64,000 bases of DNA, taken from assembly GCA_002269645.1 (NCBI GenBank), contig NIVC01000284.1, positions 1 through 64,000 of the forward strand, in the 5' to 3' direction. The notes below the pieces were generated by a model that was not told the DNA's origin, made no database searches, and worked only from the letters and a program-made list of their open reading frames with translations. Both the position numbers and the translations under genes were made by a program. This DNA is from Macrostomum lignano. Taxonomy: Eukaryota. Each line of letters begins with the position of its first letter. Within the stretch, counting starts at the first letter, position 1. Shown in pieces: positions 21,864 through 34,048 of the stretch.

Positions 21864-22352
21864 GCACCGGTGCTGCAGTACCTGTACTACCTGGCCCAGG
21901 TGCCCATGGCCATGTCGCCGCTCTCCAACAACAGCCTGTTCCTGCCCTACAGCCGCAGTCCCTTGCCAGACTTTCACGCCAAAGGCCTGTGCGTGACGCT
22001 GAGCACAGACGATCCGCTGATGTTCCACTTCACCAAGGAGCCGCTGACGGAAGAGTACTCCATCGCGGCCCAGGTGTGGAAGCTCACCAACACAGACATG
22101 TGCGAGCTGGCCAGAAACTCTGTAATCATGTCTGGCTTTCCTCACGAAGTGAAGAAGCGTTGGCTCGGCCCGGCCTATCAACACGAAGGCGTCCTTGGCA
22201 ACGATATTCGGTACACTAATCTGCCTAACGTTCGAGTGGCGTTTCGTTTCGAGAATCTGCTGCACGAATTGGCCCTGGTTACCACCGCTAATCCGAGGTC
22301 GAGAGCTCACAACGGGCACAGCGGCTTGTCGGGTGGGTCCTGTGGCTGTTAG
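21864..22352 (+). CDS. AMPD: AMP deaminase terminal exon
   Basis: Acceptor CGCAG|GCA (phase 0). [70 protein letters not shown]. Confidence 0.96.
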   Translation, partial: APVLQYLYYLAQVPMAMSPLSNNSLFLPYSRSPLPDFHAKGLCVTLSTDDPLMFHFTKEPLTEEYSIAAQVWKLTNTDMCELARNSVIMSGFPHEVKKRWLGPAYQHEGVLGNDIRYTNLPNVRVAFRFENLLHELALVTTANPRSRAHNGHSGLSGGSCGC

Positions 22353-22365
22353 TTTGGGAAGAATC

Positions 22366-22700
22366 GGGAAGAGATGGGAAGAATCGGAATCGGATGGGAT
22401 GGGAAGGAAAAAATCAGGATGGGATGGGATGGGAAGAATCAGGATGGAGTGGGAAGAATCAGGATGGGGTGGGAAGAATCAGGATGGGGTGGGAAGAATC
22501 AGGATGGGGTGGGAAGAATCAGGATGGGGTGGGAAGAATCAGGATGGGGTGGGAAGAATCAGGATGGGGTGGGAAGAATCAGGATGGGGTGGGAAGAATC
22601 AGGATGGGTGGGAAGAATCGGGATGGGTGGGAAGAATCAGGGTGGGGTGGAAATAACCAGGATTGGATGGGATGGGAAGAGTCAGAATGGGTGGGAAGAA
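22366..22700. repeat. 20-bp tandem repeat (GGGAAGAATCAGGATGGGGT) just after the AMPD stop
   Basis: Direct periodicity. Confidence 0.93.
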
Positions 22701-22967
22701 TCACAATTTTTAATGCTCACACACAATCACTTTTTGAAGGCCTATTTAATTAATTATATTCATCCCCGTTTGCAACTCCAGTGCCAACCGCAATGACCAC
22801 GAAGACCCAGTCAATGAGCGTGCTGTTCGAGGATGAAGGATAGCCCTCAAATAACCCGAGCTGTGCTCAACTTTGATTCAACTATACAAAACATTTTTTA
22901 ATTATAATTTTAATATCAGCAGTACTAGAGTAGATACTTTCAAATAAAAGTTTGTTATAACGATTGA

Positions 22968-23142
22968 GGGGGGGGCGCCATCTACAGGTAGGAATCGGAG
23001 GTGCCATCTACAGGTAGGAATCGGAGGTGCCATCTACAATTAACGAGGCGCCAGGTACAGATCCGGGGGCGCCAGCTACAATTAGGAGGCGCCAGCTACA
23101 GATTGGGGGGCGCCAGCTACAATTAGGAGGCGCCAGCTACAT
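22968..23142. repeat. Degenerate about 20-bp repeat with GGCGCCA(G/T)CTACA core
   Basis: About 7 copies of the core are visible. Confidence 0.75.
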
Positions 23143-23860
23143 GTACAGAGGGAGGGAGGCTAAAGAGAAAAATTGGGAATCAGCTAAAACACCCAGAAAC
23201 CGTCAAAGCGAGTTATTTTTCCAGTTCCTTTAGAAGATGCTACCTAAGAAACGATGCTACATGTATAAAACTGTCCTTGTTGCTGTAGGCTAGAAAAGAT
23301 AAATACTTGAAGTTTGATTTCTGTCTGTCATAGGCGCGCGATATGCATCGTAGATGCAGTGATTTCATGAGAAGTATATACAGATCGATCAGTATAGGGA
23401 GAATATAAAGCAAGCAAACACAGGGTAATAAAGAAATTGAAACATGCTTATGTTCAATTTATGTATTAAAAAATAATGTTCTAGTCGAAGGGGCCGTAGC
23501 TTAGAGCCCCTCTGATGTGCCAGCGGCCCAGGCTCGATTCCCAAGTGCAGTCAAATTTATTTGGGTCTAAATTGGACTCTCGGCTTGGCTCTGCTCGTGC
23601 AACTAACGCAACTAAAGACCAACAACCCCAAGGCACAGAAAAATGTACATGCCTAACCATCAATGAAGTCAGGGCCGCTGTACACTCCTGTGTGAGTGTG
23701 TGCCTGTGCTTATGACTTGCGTACGTATCCGCGCGCTTTTGTGCCCTTGATTTCTATAGAATGCCCACACAGAGGTGGTCGCGTGGCTATACTCTATGGC
23801 TATAACTGGTGGATTTGGAAGCACCATGCACAGTCGTACCGAGAACAGTTTAATCAAAGA

Positions 23861-24005
23861 GGTTAATTGCAGCCTAGTTGGTAAAAGCGTCAGACTCACG
23901 ACTTGAAGGTTGGGGGTTCGAAGCTCGACCCACTCGGAACAATTAGTGTCCTTGAGCAAGATAATAAACTGTGCATTGCTTCAGTTCACCCAGCTGTAAA
24001 ATGGA
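23861..24005 (+). mobile_element. tRNA-derived SINE 5' portion
   Basis: A-box-like GCAGCCTAGTTGGT and B-box GGTTCGAAGCTC, then GTGTCCTTGAGCAAGA..CATTGCTTCAGTTCACCCAGCTGTAAAATGG shared with the other copies. Confidence 0.75.
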
Positions 24006-25145
24006 CTTCATACACACTGTAAATAGTCGCACAAGTGGTATGAGAAAAGCAGGAAAGATCAATGTCAGAGGCTTCAGTCTCTGGTTAAATTTTTTTTAAA
24101 ACTGCAACTTTACGACTTTTAAAGTGGAAATTTTCATTAAAAGTTATGATTTATTTTTTTCTGAGAACTTCTGCTTTGTTATTTTCTCGGACTCACAAAC
24201 AAACAAATGAACAATTAAGGAAATTGATAAATTATGGCACATAAATTACAGAAAGCGACACAGGATGGGGGTTTAAATTGCAACAGAAAAAGTAAATAAA
24301 AATGAAATAAAACAAAATCACATGGTTTGGACAGGTTCTCTATAGGGAATATTGGACGCGTAAAATCCAAAACAAAGAGTTTAAACGCACAGCACAAATG
24401 TTTGAAAAGTAGTAGAAAAGTTTAGATAAAACATAATAGTAATATTAACCATAGTTCCACTAAAGCCATCTTAGCACAGAAAGTAGGCAAGAAAAAAAAC
24501 ATGAAATCAGAAAGCAAGTTGGATCTGAGTGGACAAACAATTGACACAGACAATGTCTAGAATACATAACAATCTATATAACAATAAACTTTAATATTTT
24601 AAAAGCAATCCAAAAACTCTATAATATACGAAAGCCAATTAAAAATGATCATCCTTGTTAATAAGACTAGTTGGGCTGGTAACCAGAAATGTCGGTATTC
24701 TAAGAATTCATTTCTAAGATAATATTAGATTTTATAAAGTTAGGGACAACCAGTTACCAACTGAAGACAAGGTTTACAAAAACAAATAGTTGAGGCTCAA
24801 ACGGTGAAAAAATTAACCAAAAAGCAGAGAGCAAAAGAAAATAAAACAGGTGGACAAAAAAGCACAATTACATTTGTTTTACAGCGCACTACATGTAATA
24901 ACGAATACTAACAATACCTAAAATGATATAGCAAGACAAGTAGTATACAAATACTAAAGCATACTTTAACTTTCATTCCTTTGTAAATCGTACAGAGAAA
25001 TAAAACAACGAAATCTTACACTAACCCAGATATTGAGCTCACAATGCGCAATTCACCTACTAACAAGATCAGTAGCATTACGCGGGCACTACATTAAAAT
25101 TTGTTTACTTGAATTAAAACTCGCTCACATGCCTGGGATGTTGGA

Positions 25146-25437
25146 CTACCACCAATTCTGAAGATGCGGCTGCTGTTGGTGCTGAGGGAGCTGGCGAAAT
25201 TGCCCACTACTCACCCCTTTGGGCAGTAGTATTTCCGACGAGCCGGAACTCTCACCCAACGAACTACTATCCTCGTCGCAAAATGCAATCCTATTAATTT
25301 GGGATTCCATTAAGACGAAAGTGTCACTGCTCAAGCTGTTGATGTCCAATAGCAGGCTAAATACGGCTGCCAGGCGGAACAGGCGCTTGATGGCTGCGGC
25401 ATGGATCGGGTGGCGGCGAAATGTACTGCATTCGTTT
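25146..25437 (-). CDS. Probable terminal exon of the nuclear receptor (frame uncertain)
   Basis: Non-repeat GC-rich tail after the minisatellite, with acceptor TTCCAAG| at 25438. The phase does not cleanly match the best upstream donor. Confidence 0.35.
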
Positions 25438-25445
25438 CTTGGAAT

Positions 25446-27272
25446 GGGGATCTGGGAGGCTGGCCCAGCAACTGAGGATCTAAGAGGCTGGCCCAGCAAC
25501 TGAGGATCTGGGGGGCTGGCCCAGCAACTAAGGATCTGGGGGGCTGGCCCAGCAACTGAGGATCTGGGGGGCTGGCCAAGCAACTGGGGATCTGGGGGGC
25601 TGGCCCACCAACTGAGGATCTGGGGGGCTGGCCCAGCAACTGAGGATCTGGGGGGCTGGCCCAGCAACTGAGGATCTGGGAGGCTGGCCCAGCAACTAGG
25701 GATCTGGGGGGCTGGCCCACCAACTGAGGATCTGGGGGGCTGGCCCAGCAACTGAGGATCTGGGGGGCTGGCCCAGCAACTGAGGATCTGGGAGGCTGGC
25801 CCAGCAACTGGGGATCTAGGAGGCTGGCCCACCAACTGAGGATCTGGGAGGCTGGCCAAGCAACTGGGGATCTGGGGGGCTGGCCCACCAACTGAGGATC
25901 TGGGGGGCTGGCCCAGCAACTGAGGATCTGGGGGGCTGGCCCAGCAACTGAGGATCTGAGAGGCTGGCCCAGCAACTGGGGATCTAGGAGGCTGGCCCAC
26001 CAACTGAGGATCTGGGGGGCTGGCCAAGCAACTGGGGATCTGGGGGGCTGGCCCACCAACTGAGGATCTGGGGGGCTGGCCCAGCAACTGAGGATCTGGG
26101 GGGCTGGCCCAGCAACTGAGGATCTGGGAGGCTGGCCCAGCAACTGGGGATCTGGGGGCTGGCCCACCAACTGAGGATCTGGGGGCTGGCCCAGCAACTG
26201 AGGATCTGGGGGCTGGCCCAGCAACTGAGGATCTGGGAGGCTGGCCCAGCAACTGGGGATCTAGGAGGCTGGCCCACCAACTGAGGATCTGGGAGGCTGG
26301 CCCAGCAGCTGAGGATCTGGGAGGCTGGCCCAGCAACTGAGGATCTGGGAGGCTGGCCCAGCAACTAAGGATCTGAGCTCCAGCAACTGAAGATCTGAGG
26401 CCCAGCAAGTGAGGATCTGGGAAGCTGGCCCAGCAACTGAGGATCTGAGGCCCAGCAACTGAGGATCTGAGGCCCAGCAAGTGAGGATCTGAGGCCCAGC
26501 AACTGAGGATCTGAGGCCCAGCAAGTGAGGATCTGAGGCCCAGCAACTGAGGATCTGAGGCCCAGCAAGTGAGGATCTGAGGCCCAGCAACTGAGGATCT
26601 GAGGCCCAGCAAGTGAGGATCTGGGAGGCTGGTCCAGCAAGTGAGGATCTGAGGCCCAGCAAGTGAGGATCTGGGAGGCTGGTCCAGCAAGTGAGGATCT
26701 GAGGCCCAGCAACTGAGGATCTGAGGCCCAGCAAGTGAGGATCTGGGAGGCTGGTCCAGCAACTGAGGATCTGAGGCCCAGCAACTGACAATGTGGGAGG
26801 CTGGCCCAACAACTGAGGACCTGGGAGGCTGGCCCAGCAAGTGAGGATCTGGGAGGCTGGTCCAGCAAGTGAGGATCTGAGGCCCAGCAAGTGAGGATCT
26901 GGGAGGCTGGTCCAGCAAGTGAGGATCTGAGGCCCAGCAAGTGAGGATCTGAGGCCCAGCAAGTGAGGATCTGAGGCCCAGCAAGTGAGGATCTGGGAGG
27001 CTGGTCCAGCAAGTGAGGATCTGAGGCCCAGCAAGTGAGGATCTGAGGCCCAGCAAGTGAGGATCTGAGGCCCAGCAAGTGAGGATCTGAGGCCCAGCAA
27101 CTGAGGATCTGAGGCCCAGCAAGTGAGGATCTGGGAGGCTGGTCCAGCAAGTGAGGATCTGGGAGGCTGGTCCAGCAAGTGAGGATCTGAGGCCCAGCAA
27201 CTGAGGATCTGAGGCCCAGCAAGTGAGGATCTGGGAGGCTGGTCCAGCAACTGAGGATCTGAGGCCCAGCAA
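25446..27272. repeat. Minisatellite of the same family as 20.8-21.8 kb, in reverse orientation (about 28-bp units grading into about 22-bp units CTGAGGATCTGAGGCCCAGCAA)
   Basis: The reverse complement is CAGATCCTCAGTTGCTGGGCC. The unit changes near 26370. Confidence 0.95.
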
Positions 27273-27301
27273 CCAAAGCCCCAAGCAGTCAAAGTGCTCA
27301 C

Positions 27302-27478
27302 CAGCCAGCCGCACCGACAGCCGGAGCTCGTGACTCTGCTGCAGCAGTTCAGGCGACCAGTCGTGCCGTCGGGCTTCCTCATTGCACAGATGAGTCCAGA
27401 ACAAGCCAACGATTGACAGGTGCACGCTGACAACAGAGTTTAGATTAGCAAACGCTGATTCTGGGCGGGTGCCCATGT
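27302..27478 (-). CDS. Nuclear receptor LBD exon (helix 9-10 region)
   Basis: Acceptor TTGACAG|AC (phase 1) matches the upstream donor; donor GCTG|GTGAGC. ..WSPELLQQSHELRL resembles LL..L.ELR.L. Confidence 0.6.
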
Positions 27479-27604
27479 CTGTCAAGTTGGATACGGAAAC
27501 TTGCTATGAAATCAAAGATTATCATTTAATAATGGATAGTAGCAAGGAGCGCGTGTTTCTGGTATTGTTTTTTTGGCGGCGCCATTAGACATATTTTTGG
27601 CCCC

Positions 27605-28235
27605 ATGAGGTAATCTCGGCGCCAAACGTGTGTGAGATAATTTTGGCGCCAAATTTGTATGAGGTAATTTTGGCGCCAAACGTGTATGATGAGGTAATTT
27701 TAGCGCCAAACGTATAAGAGGTAATTTTGGCGCCAAACGTGTATGGGGTAACTTTGGCGCCAAACGTGTATGATGAGGTAATTTTGGCGCCAAACATGTA
27801 TGGGGTAATTTTGGCGCCAAACGTGTATGGGGTAATTTTAGCGCCAAACGTGTATGAGGTAATTTTGGCGCCAAACGTGTATGTGGTAATTTTAGCGCCA
27901 AACGTATAAGAGGTAATTTTGGCGCCAAACGTGTATGGGGTAACTTTGGCGCCAAACGTGTATGGGGTAACTTTGGCGCCAAACGTGTATGGGGTAATTT
28001 TAGCGCCAAATGTGTATTATGAGGTAATTTTAGCGCCAAACGTGTATGGGGTAATTTTAGCGCCAAACGTGTATGAGGTATTTGTAATTTTGGCGCCAAA
28101 CGTGTATGAGGTACTTGTAATTTTGGCGCCAAACGTGTATGAGGTACTTGTAATTTTGGCGCCAAACGTGTATGAGGTACTTGTAATTTTGGCGCCAAAC
28201 GTGTATGAGGTACTTGTAATTTCGGCTCCAAACTT
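27605..28235. repeat. About 27-bp minisatellite with palindromic core TTTGGCGCCAAA
   Basis: Direct periodicity. Confidence 0.95.
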
Positions 28236-28364
28236 ACATCTATGAATATTTTGACTAAGCTGCTAGTCTAACCTGAACAGGCTAAACTGCGTGTACTTCA
28301 ATTGAAAAAAACACAGTTTACCGCAAGAAACAGACAAAGAAAAAAAATAGGATAATTAACTTAC

Positions 28365-28533
28365 ACGGCGAGGTGAGGCAGATGGCCGACAAAAAAGCCA
28401 ATTCACTGTCAGTCATTGCCAGCGAGTCCCATCTGGCCGAGACGTCGAAGAATCGAGTGAACAAAAGCGACAGAGTGGGATGCCGGGCCGATTGCAGAAA
28501 TCGCCTGTAACAATTTTCACCAGGTGTTTGCGG
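28365..28533 (-). CDS. Nuclear receptor LBD exon (helix 7-8)
   Basis: Acceptor CTTCAG|CCG and donor CCGT|GTAAGT. FTRFFDVSARWDSLAMTDSELAFLSAICLTSP matches LxLTxxELALLxAIxLxxP. Confidence 0.8.
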
Positions 28534-28580
28534 CTGAAGCAATGCTAATTTTGAATACAGCTTTGAAGAAGCTTTCGATT

Positions 28581-29610
28581 ACTGGAGTGCCATTTTAGAG
28601 TCACACTGGAGTGCCATTTTAGAGTCACACTGGAGTGCCATTTTAGAGTCACACTGGAGTGCCATTTTAGAGTCACACTGGAGTGCCATTTTAGAGTCAC
28701 ACTGGAGTGCCATTTTAGAGTCACACTGGAGTGCCATTTTAGAGTCACACTGGAGTGCCATTTTAGAGTCACACTGGAGTGCCATTTTAGAGTCACACTG
28801 GAGTGCCATTTTAGAGTCACACTGGAGTGCCAGTCAAGAGTCACACTGGAGTGCCATTTTAGAGTCACACTGGAGTGCCAGTCAAGAGTCACACTGGAGT
28901 GCTATCCAGAGTCACACTGGAGTGCCATTTTAGAGTCACACTGGAGTGCTATCCAGAGTCACACTAGAGTGCTATCCAGAGTCACACTGGAGTGCCATTT
29001 TAGAGTCACACTGGAGTGCTATCCAGAGTCACACTGGAGTGCCAGTCAAGAGTCACACTGGAGTGCCATTTTAGAGTCACACTGGAGTGCCAGTCAAGAG
29101 TCACACTGGAGTGCCATTTTAGAGTCACACTGGAGTGCCATTTTAGAGTCACACTGGAGTGCCAGTCAAGAGTCACACTGGAGTGCCATTTTAGAGTCAC
29201 ACTGGAGTGCCAGTCAAGAGTCACACTGGAGTGCTATCCAGAGTCACACTGGAGTGCCATTTTAGAGTCACACTGGAGTGCTATCCAGAGTCACACTAGA
29301 GTGCTATCCAGAGTCACACTGGAGTGCCATTTTAGAGTCACACTGGAGTGCTATCCAGAGTCACACTGGAGTGCCATTTTAGAGTCACACTGGAGTGCCA
29401 TTTTAGAGTCACACTGGAGTGCCAGTCAAGAGTCACACTGGAGTGCTATCCAGAGTCACACTAGAGTGCTATCCAGAGTCACACTGGAGTGCCATTTTAG
29501 AGTCACACTGGAGTGCTATCCAGAGTCACACTGGAGTGCCATTTTAGAGTCACACTGGAGTGCCAGTCAAGAGTCACACTGGAGTGCTATCAAGAGTCAC
29601 ACTGGATCAC
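28581..29610. repeat. 23-24-bp minisatellite (ACTGGAGTGCCATTTTAGAGTCAC and variants)
   Basis: Direct periodicity. Confidence 0.96.
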
Positions 29611-30077
29611 TCAATTAGATGCTAAAGTTAACGCAATACAAGAGTTTAACAAGTAAAATATTATTAAATCACTCTCGTTTAGACTCAAAGGCACAAAACC
29701 TTCAAGGCAAAAAGGTGATTGAAATTCCCCAGTGCTCGCAAAAATTCGTGACTGCTAAGACTGATTGCTTAATGCATGATGACTTTTGTTCAACCTTTTG
29801 TTGAGCCCTTTCGTTTAAGAGTTGGCATCCAGTTACAGAATCGACATGGATTGGGCGTTGACCTGACTATTATAGAAAATCTCCTGTATCATCTGATCAC
29901 ACTAGATAGGCAGACAGACTTCCCAGAGTGAAGAAATTTGATAGGCATAATCACGCGTTTGGCTCGTGATTGCCATTTTCTAGTTCCCTTCCTACTCCAA
30001 ATCCAGGAGATAAAATCGCGCTCAGTCAATTACGCAGCTCACACATCTTACAGTTGCATGAGTCAGCCAAAAATTAC

Positions 30078-30126
30078 CAACAGATGGTAATTCGAAAATT
30101 TCCTTGTGAAAGGGAATTTTCCCAAA
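30078..30126 (-). CDS. Candidate 49-nt nuclear receptor micro-exon
   Basis: Acceptor CTCTGTAG|T and donor TTG|GTAATT give phase 2 to 0, the bridge needed between the flanking LBD exons. Confidence 0.4.
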
Positions 30127-30167
30127 CTACAGAGGCAGATAGAGACACAAGAAAGCGGAAGAAGTAC

Positions 30168-30872
30168 TGAGAAGGGACATGCTAGAGATGAAGGGACAGG
30201 ATAGAGATGAAGGGACAGGATAGAGATGAAAGGACAGGATAGAGATGGAGGAACAGGATAGAGCTGAAAGGACAGGATAGAGATGAAGGGACATGCTAGA
30301 GATGAAGGGACAGGATAGAGATGAAGGGACAGGATAGAGATGAAAGGACAGGATAGAGATGGAGGAACAGGATAGAGCTGAAAGGACAGGATAGAGATGA
30401 AGGGACATGCTAGAGATGAAGGGACAGGATAGAGATGGAGGGACAGGATAGAGATGAAGGGACAGGATAGAGATGAAGGGACAGGATAGAGATGAAGGGA
30501 CAGGATAGAAGTGAAGGGACAGGATAGAGATGAAGGGACAGGATAGAGATGAAGGGACAGGATAGAAGTGAAGGGACAGGATAGAGATGAAGGGACAGGA
30601 TAGAAGTGAAGGGACAGGATAGAGATGAAGGGACAGGATAGAAGTGAAGGGACAGGATAGAAGTGAAGGGACAGGATAGAGATGAAGGGACAGGATAGAA
30701 GTGAAGGGACAGGATAGAGATGAAGGGACAGGATAGAGATGAAGGGACAGGATAGAAGTGAAGGGACAGGATAGAGATGAAGGGACAGGATAGAGATGAA
30801 GGGACAGGATAGAAGTGAAGGGACAGGATAGAGATGAAGGGACAGGATAGAGGTGAAGGGACAGGATAGAGG
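30168..30872. repeat. 19-bp minisatellite (GATGAAGGGACAGGATAGA)
   Basis: Direct periodicity. Confidence 0.95.
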
Positions 30873-31341
30873 CACAGAAAGCAAACAGAACAGAAAGCAG
30901 AACATAATAATGAAAGAGCTGGAGGGCACAAGATGTGAAATACGGAACTGTAAGCCACAGAAGAGCAATATCAAGAAGGCAAAAAAGGAAGCGAATAGAG
31001 GCGTCAATAGAGGGGCTGCGAAATTGGGAATTAGAGCGAGGCAACAGGTGCAGGCCCGGGCGACCAGGTAAACGAAGAGAAAAATGAAGAAACGGAAAAG
31101 CTTGAAAATCTGCAAGGAACAGAGCTTAACTACAAAGAGATTCAATATTGAAAGGCAGCAGAAATCGCTTTAATTAGAGAGCAGGAAGGAGCAATTACAG
31201 AGGATTTTTCCTAAGCGAGTCCCAAGATCTTCTGGGCGTGATTTATTAGAGATTTATTTAAATGGAACAGCACGCAAAGGTAATCATGCTTTTTTGTCCT
31301 GGACTGGTTGAAATAAATGTTTGATGTTAGCCAGCTGTCCA

Positions 31342-32180
31342 TTTAGAGTCACACTGGAGTGCTATCTAGAGTCACACTGGAGTGCTATCTAGAGTCACAC
31401 TGGAGTGCTATCTAGAGTCACACTGGAGTGCTATCTAGAGTCACACTGGAGTGACATGTGAGAGTCACACTGGAGTGCTATCTAGAGTCACACTGGAGTG
31501 CTATCTAGAGTCACACTGGAGTGCTATCTAGAGTCACACTGGAGTGCTATCTAGAGTCACACTGGAGTGCTATCTAGAGTCACACTGGAGTGCTATCTAG
31601 AGTCACACTGGAGTGCTATCTAGAGTCACACTGGAGTGCTATCTAGAGTCACACTGGAGTGCTATCTAGAGTCACACTGGAGTGCTATCTAGAGTCACAC
31701 TGGAGTGACATGTGAGAGTCAACACTGGAGTGCTATTTAGAGTCACACTGGAGTGCTATCTAGAGTCACACTGGAGTGCTATCTAGAGTCACACTGGAGT
31801 GACATGTGAGAGTCAACACTGGAGTGCTATTTAGAGTCACACTGGAGTGCTATCTAGAGTCACACTGGAGTGCTATCTAGAGTCACACTGGAGTGACATG
31901 TGAGAGTCAACACTGGAGTGCTATTTAGAGTCACACTGGAGTGCTATTTAGAGTCACACTGGAGTGCTATCTAGAGTCACACTGTAGTGACATGTGAGAG
32001 TCAACACTGGAGTGCTATTTAGAGTCACACTGGAGTGCTATCTAGAGTCACACTGGAGTGCTATCTAGAGTCACACTGGAGTGACATGTGAGAGTCAACA
32101 CTGGAGTGCTATTTAGAGTCACACTGGAGTGCTATTTAGAGTCACACTGGAGTGCTATCTAGAGTCACACTGGAGTGCTA
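31342..32180. repeat. 23-bp minisatellite (ACTGGAGTGCTATCTAGAGTCAC), same family as 28.6-29.6 kb
   Basis: Shared AGAGTCACACTGGAGTG core. Confidence 0.95.
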
Positions 32181-32238
32181 ATCATGAGCCACCGCATAAA
32201 CAGATACACACTGTAACACACACATGACTATTGCAAAC

Positions 32239-32549
32239 CTGGTCAGCCTGAAGTTCATGGTCGGATCAATAATATAGCCCTCCTGCCGCTTGACCAACGA
32301 GAAGCAGAACCGCATAGCAACCAGCTGTGAGCAGTGGCTCAATAACAGATGCCTTTTATCTTCCGCACAAATTTTTGTATCGACGTTGGAAACTTGCACA
32401 GCCGACGGTGTACTCGAAACAGAAACTGTGAATTTTGAGTCGTTAAAAATACTTTGAGCAAAGCCGATCACTCGGTTGAGAATGCTGGGCAGACAGGCGT
32501 GAAGGCGGGATATCACTACAGGCTCTTCGTCTGCCAGAGGCTCGCGAGT
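32239..32549 (-). CDS. Nuclear receptor LBD exon (helix 3-5)
   Basis: Acceptor CTCCAG|ACT (phase 0). ILNRVIGFAQSI..EDKRHLLLSHCSQLVAMRF fits the LBD signature VxxFAxxIxxF..DxxxLL. Donor CCAG|GTTTGC. Confidence 0.75.
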
Positions 32550-32689
32550 CTGGAGTGAGATGATCGTCAGGAGTTTGGATTTTTAATAGTATTTTATCAG
32601 TTGCAAATCATTGGGATTAATCGGAAGGAATAAGTCAGAGAAAGAGAGCAGAGGTAACGTGGGAGAGGAGTAGGTATGGTAGAAGGATA

Positions 32690-34035
32690 GACAGGAGAGG
32701 TCAGATAGGAGAGAGAGACAGGAGAGAGTTAGACCTGGAGAGGTAGACAGAGGAGAGGCAAACATGAGAGGTATAGACAGGAGAGGTTGACAGAGGACAG
32801 GTAGACAGGACAGGTAGATAGGAGAGAGGTAAGATAAGAGAGGTAGCTAGACAAGAGAGTGTTAGACCTGGAGAGGTAGGCAGGAGAGGTAGATAGGAGA
32901 CAGGTATATAGGAGGTAGACAGGCAGGTAGATAGTAGACAGGTTGATTGGAGCTAAACAGGAGAGGTAGACAGGAGAGGCAGACAGGAGAGACAGACAGG
33001 AGAGGCAGATATGAGAGACAGACATGAGGCAGACAGGAGAGGATGATAGGAGAGGATGACAGGAGAGACAGACAGGAGAGGCAGACAGGAGAGGTAGACA
33101 GGAGAGGCAGACAGGAGAGGCAGATAGGAGAGGCAGACAGGAGAGGCAGACAGGAGAGGCAGACAGGAGAGGCAGACAGGAGAGGCAGACATGAGAGACA
33201 GACATGAGGCAGACAGGAGAGGCAGACAGGAGAGGCAGATATGAGAGACAGACATGAGGCAGACAGGAGAGGCAGACAGGAGAGGCAGACAGGAGAGGCA
33301 GACAGGAGAGGCAGACAGGAGAGGCAGACAGGAGAGGCAGACAGGAGAGGATGACAGGAGAGGCAGACAGGAGAGGTAGACAGGAGAGGCAGACAGGAGA
33401 GGCAGACAGGAGAGGCAGATAGGAGAGGCAGACAGGAGAGGTAGACAGGAGAGGCAGACAGGAGAGGCAGACAGGAGAGGCAGACAGGAGAGGCAGGCAG
33501 GAGAGGTAGACAGGAGAGGCAGACAGGAGAGGCAGACAGGAGAGGCAGACAGGAGAGGATGACAGGAGAGGCAGACAGGAGAGGTAGACAGGAGAGGCAG
33601 ACAGGAGAGGTAGACAGGAGAGGCAGACAGGAGAGGCAGACAGGAGAGGATGACAGGAGAGGCAGACAGGAGAGGTAGACAGGAGAGGCAGACAGGAGAG
33701 GCAGACAGGAGAGGCAGACAGGAGAGGCAGACAGGAGAGGTAGACAGGAGAGGTAGACAGGAGAGGCAGACAGGAGAGGCAGACAGGAGAGGCAGACAGG
33801 AGAGGTAGACAGGAGAGGCAGACAGGAGAGGCAGACAGGAGAGGCAGACAGGAGAGGCAGACAGGAGAGGCAGACAGGAGAGGCAGACAGGAGAGGCAGA
33901 CAGGAGAGGATGACAGGAGAGGCAGACAGGAGAGGTAGACAGGAGAGGCAGACAGGAGAGGCAGACAGGAGAGGCAGACAGGAGAGGCAGACAGGAGAGG
34001 CAGACAGGAGAGGCAGACAGGAAAGGCAGACAGAT
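32690..34035. repeat. 13-bp minisatellite (GACAGGAGAGGCA), about 100 copies
   Basis: Direct periodicity. Confidence 0.96.
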
Positions 34036-34048
34036 GACAGATGCTCAC

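Noticed and set aside
23861-23940. Functional tRNA gene
   Set aside because: A/B-box-like motifs lead into a SINE body shared by three loci, and I cannot fold a convincing cloverleaf.
20899-27485. Long Pro/Gln/Ser-rich ORFs (779, 390, 303, 297, 210 aa and others)
   Set aside because: They are translations of the 28/22-bp minisatellite; only short flanking parts are real exons.
30063-31145. 360-aa, 305-aa and 182-aa hydrophobic ORFs
   Set aside because: Translations of the 19-bp purine/pyrimidine repeat.
32729-34048. C-terminal half of the 792-aa ORF (CLSCLPLLSASPV repeats)
   Set aside because: Read-through past the donor at 34049 into the 13-bp repeat.
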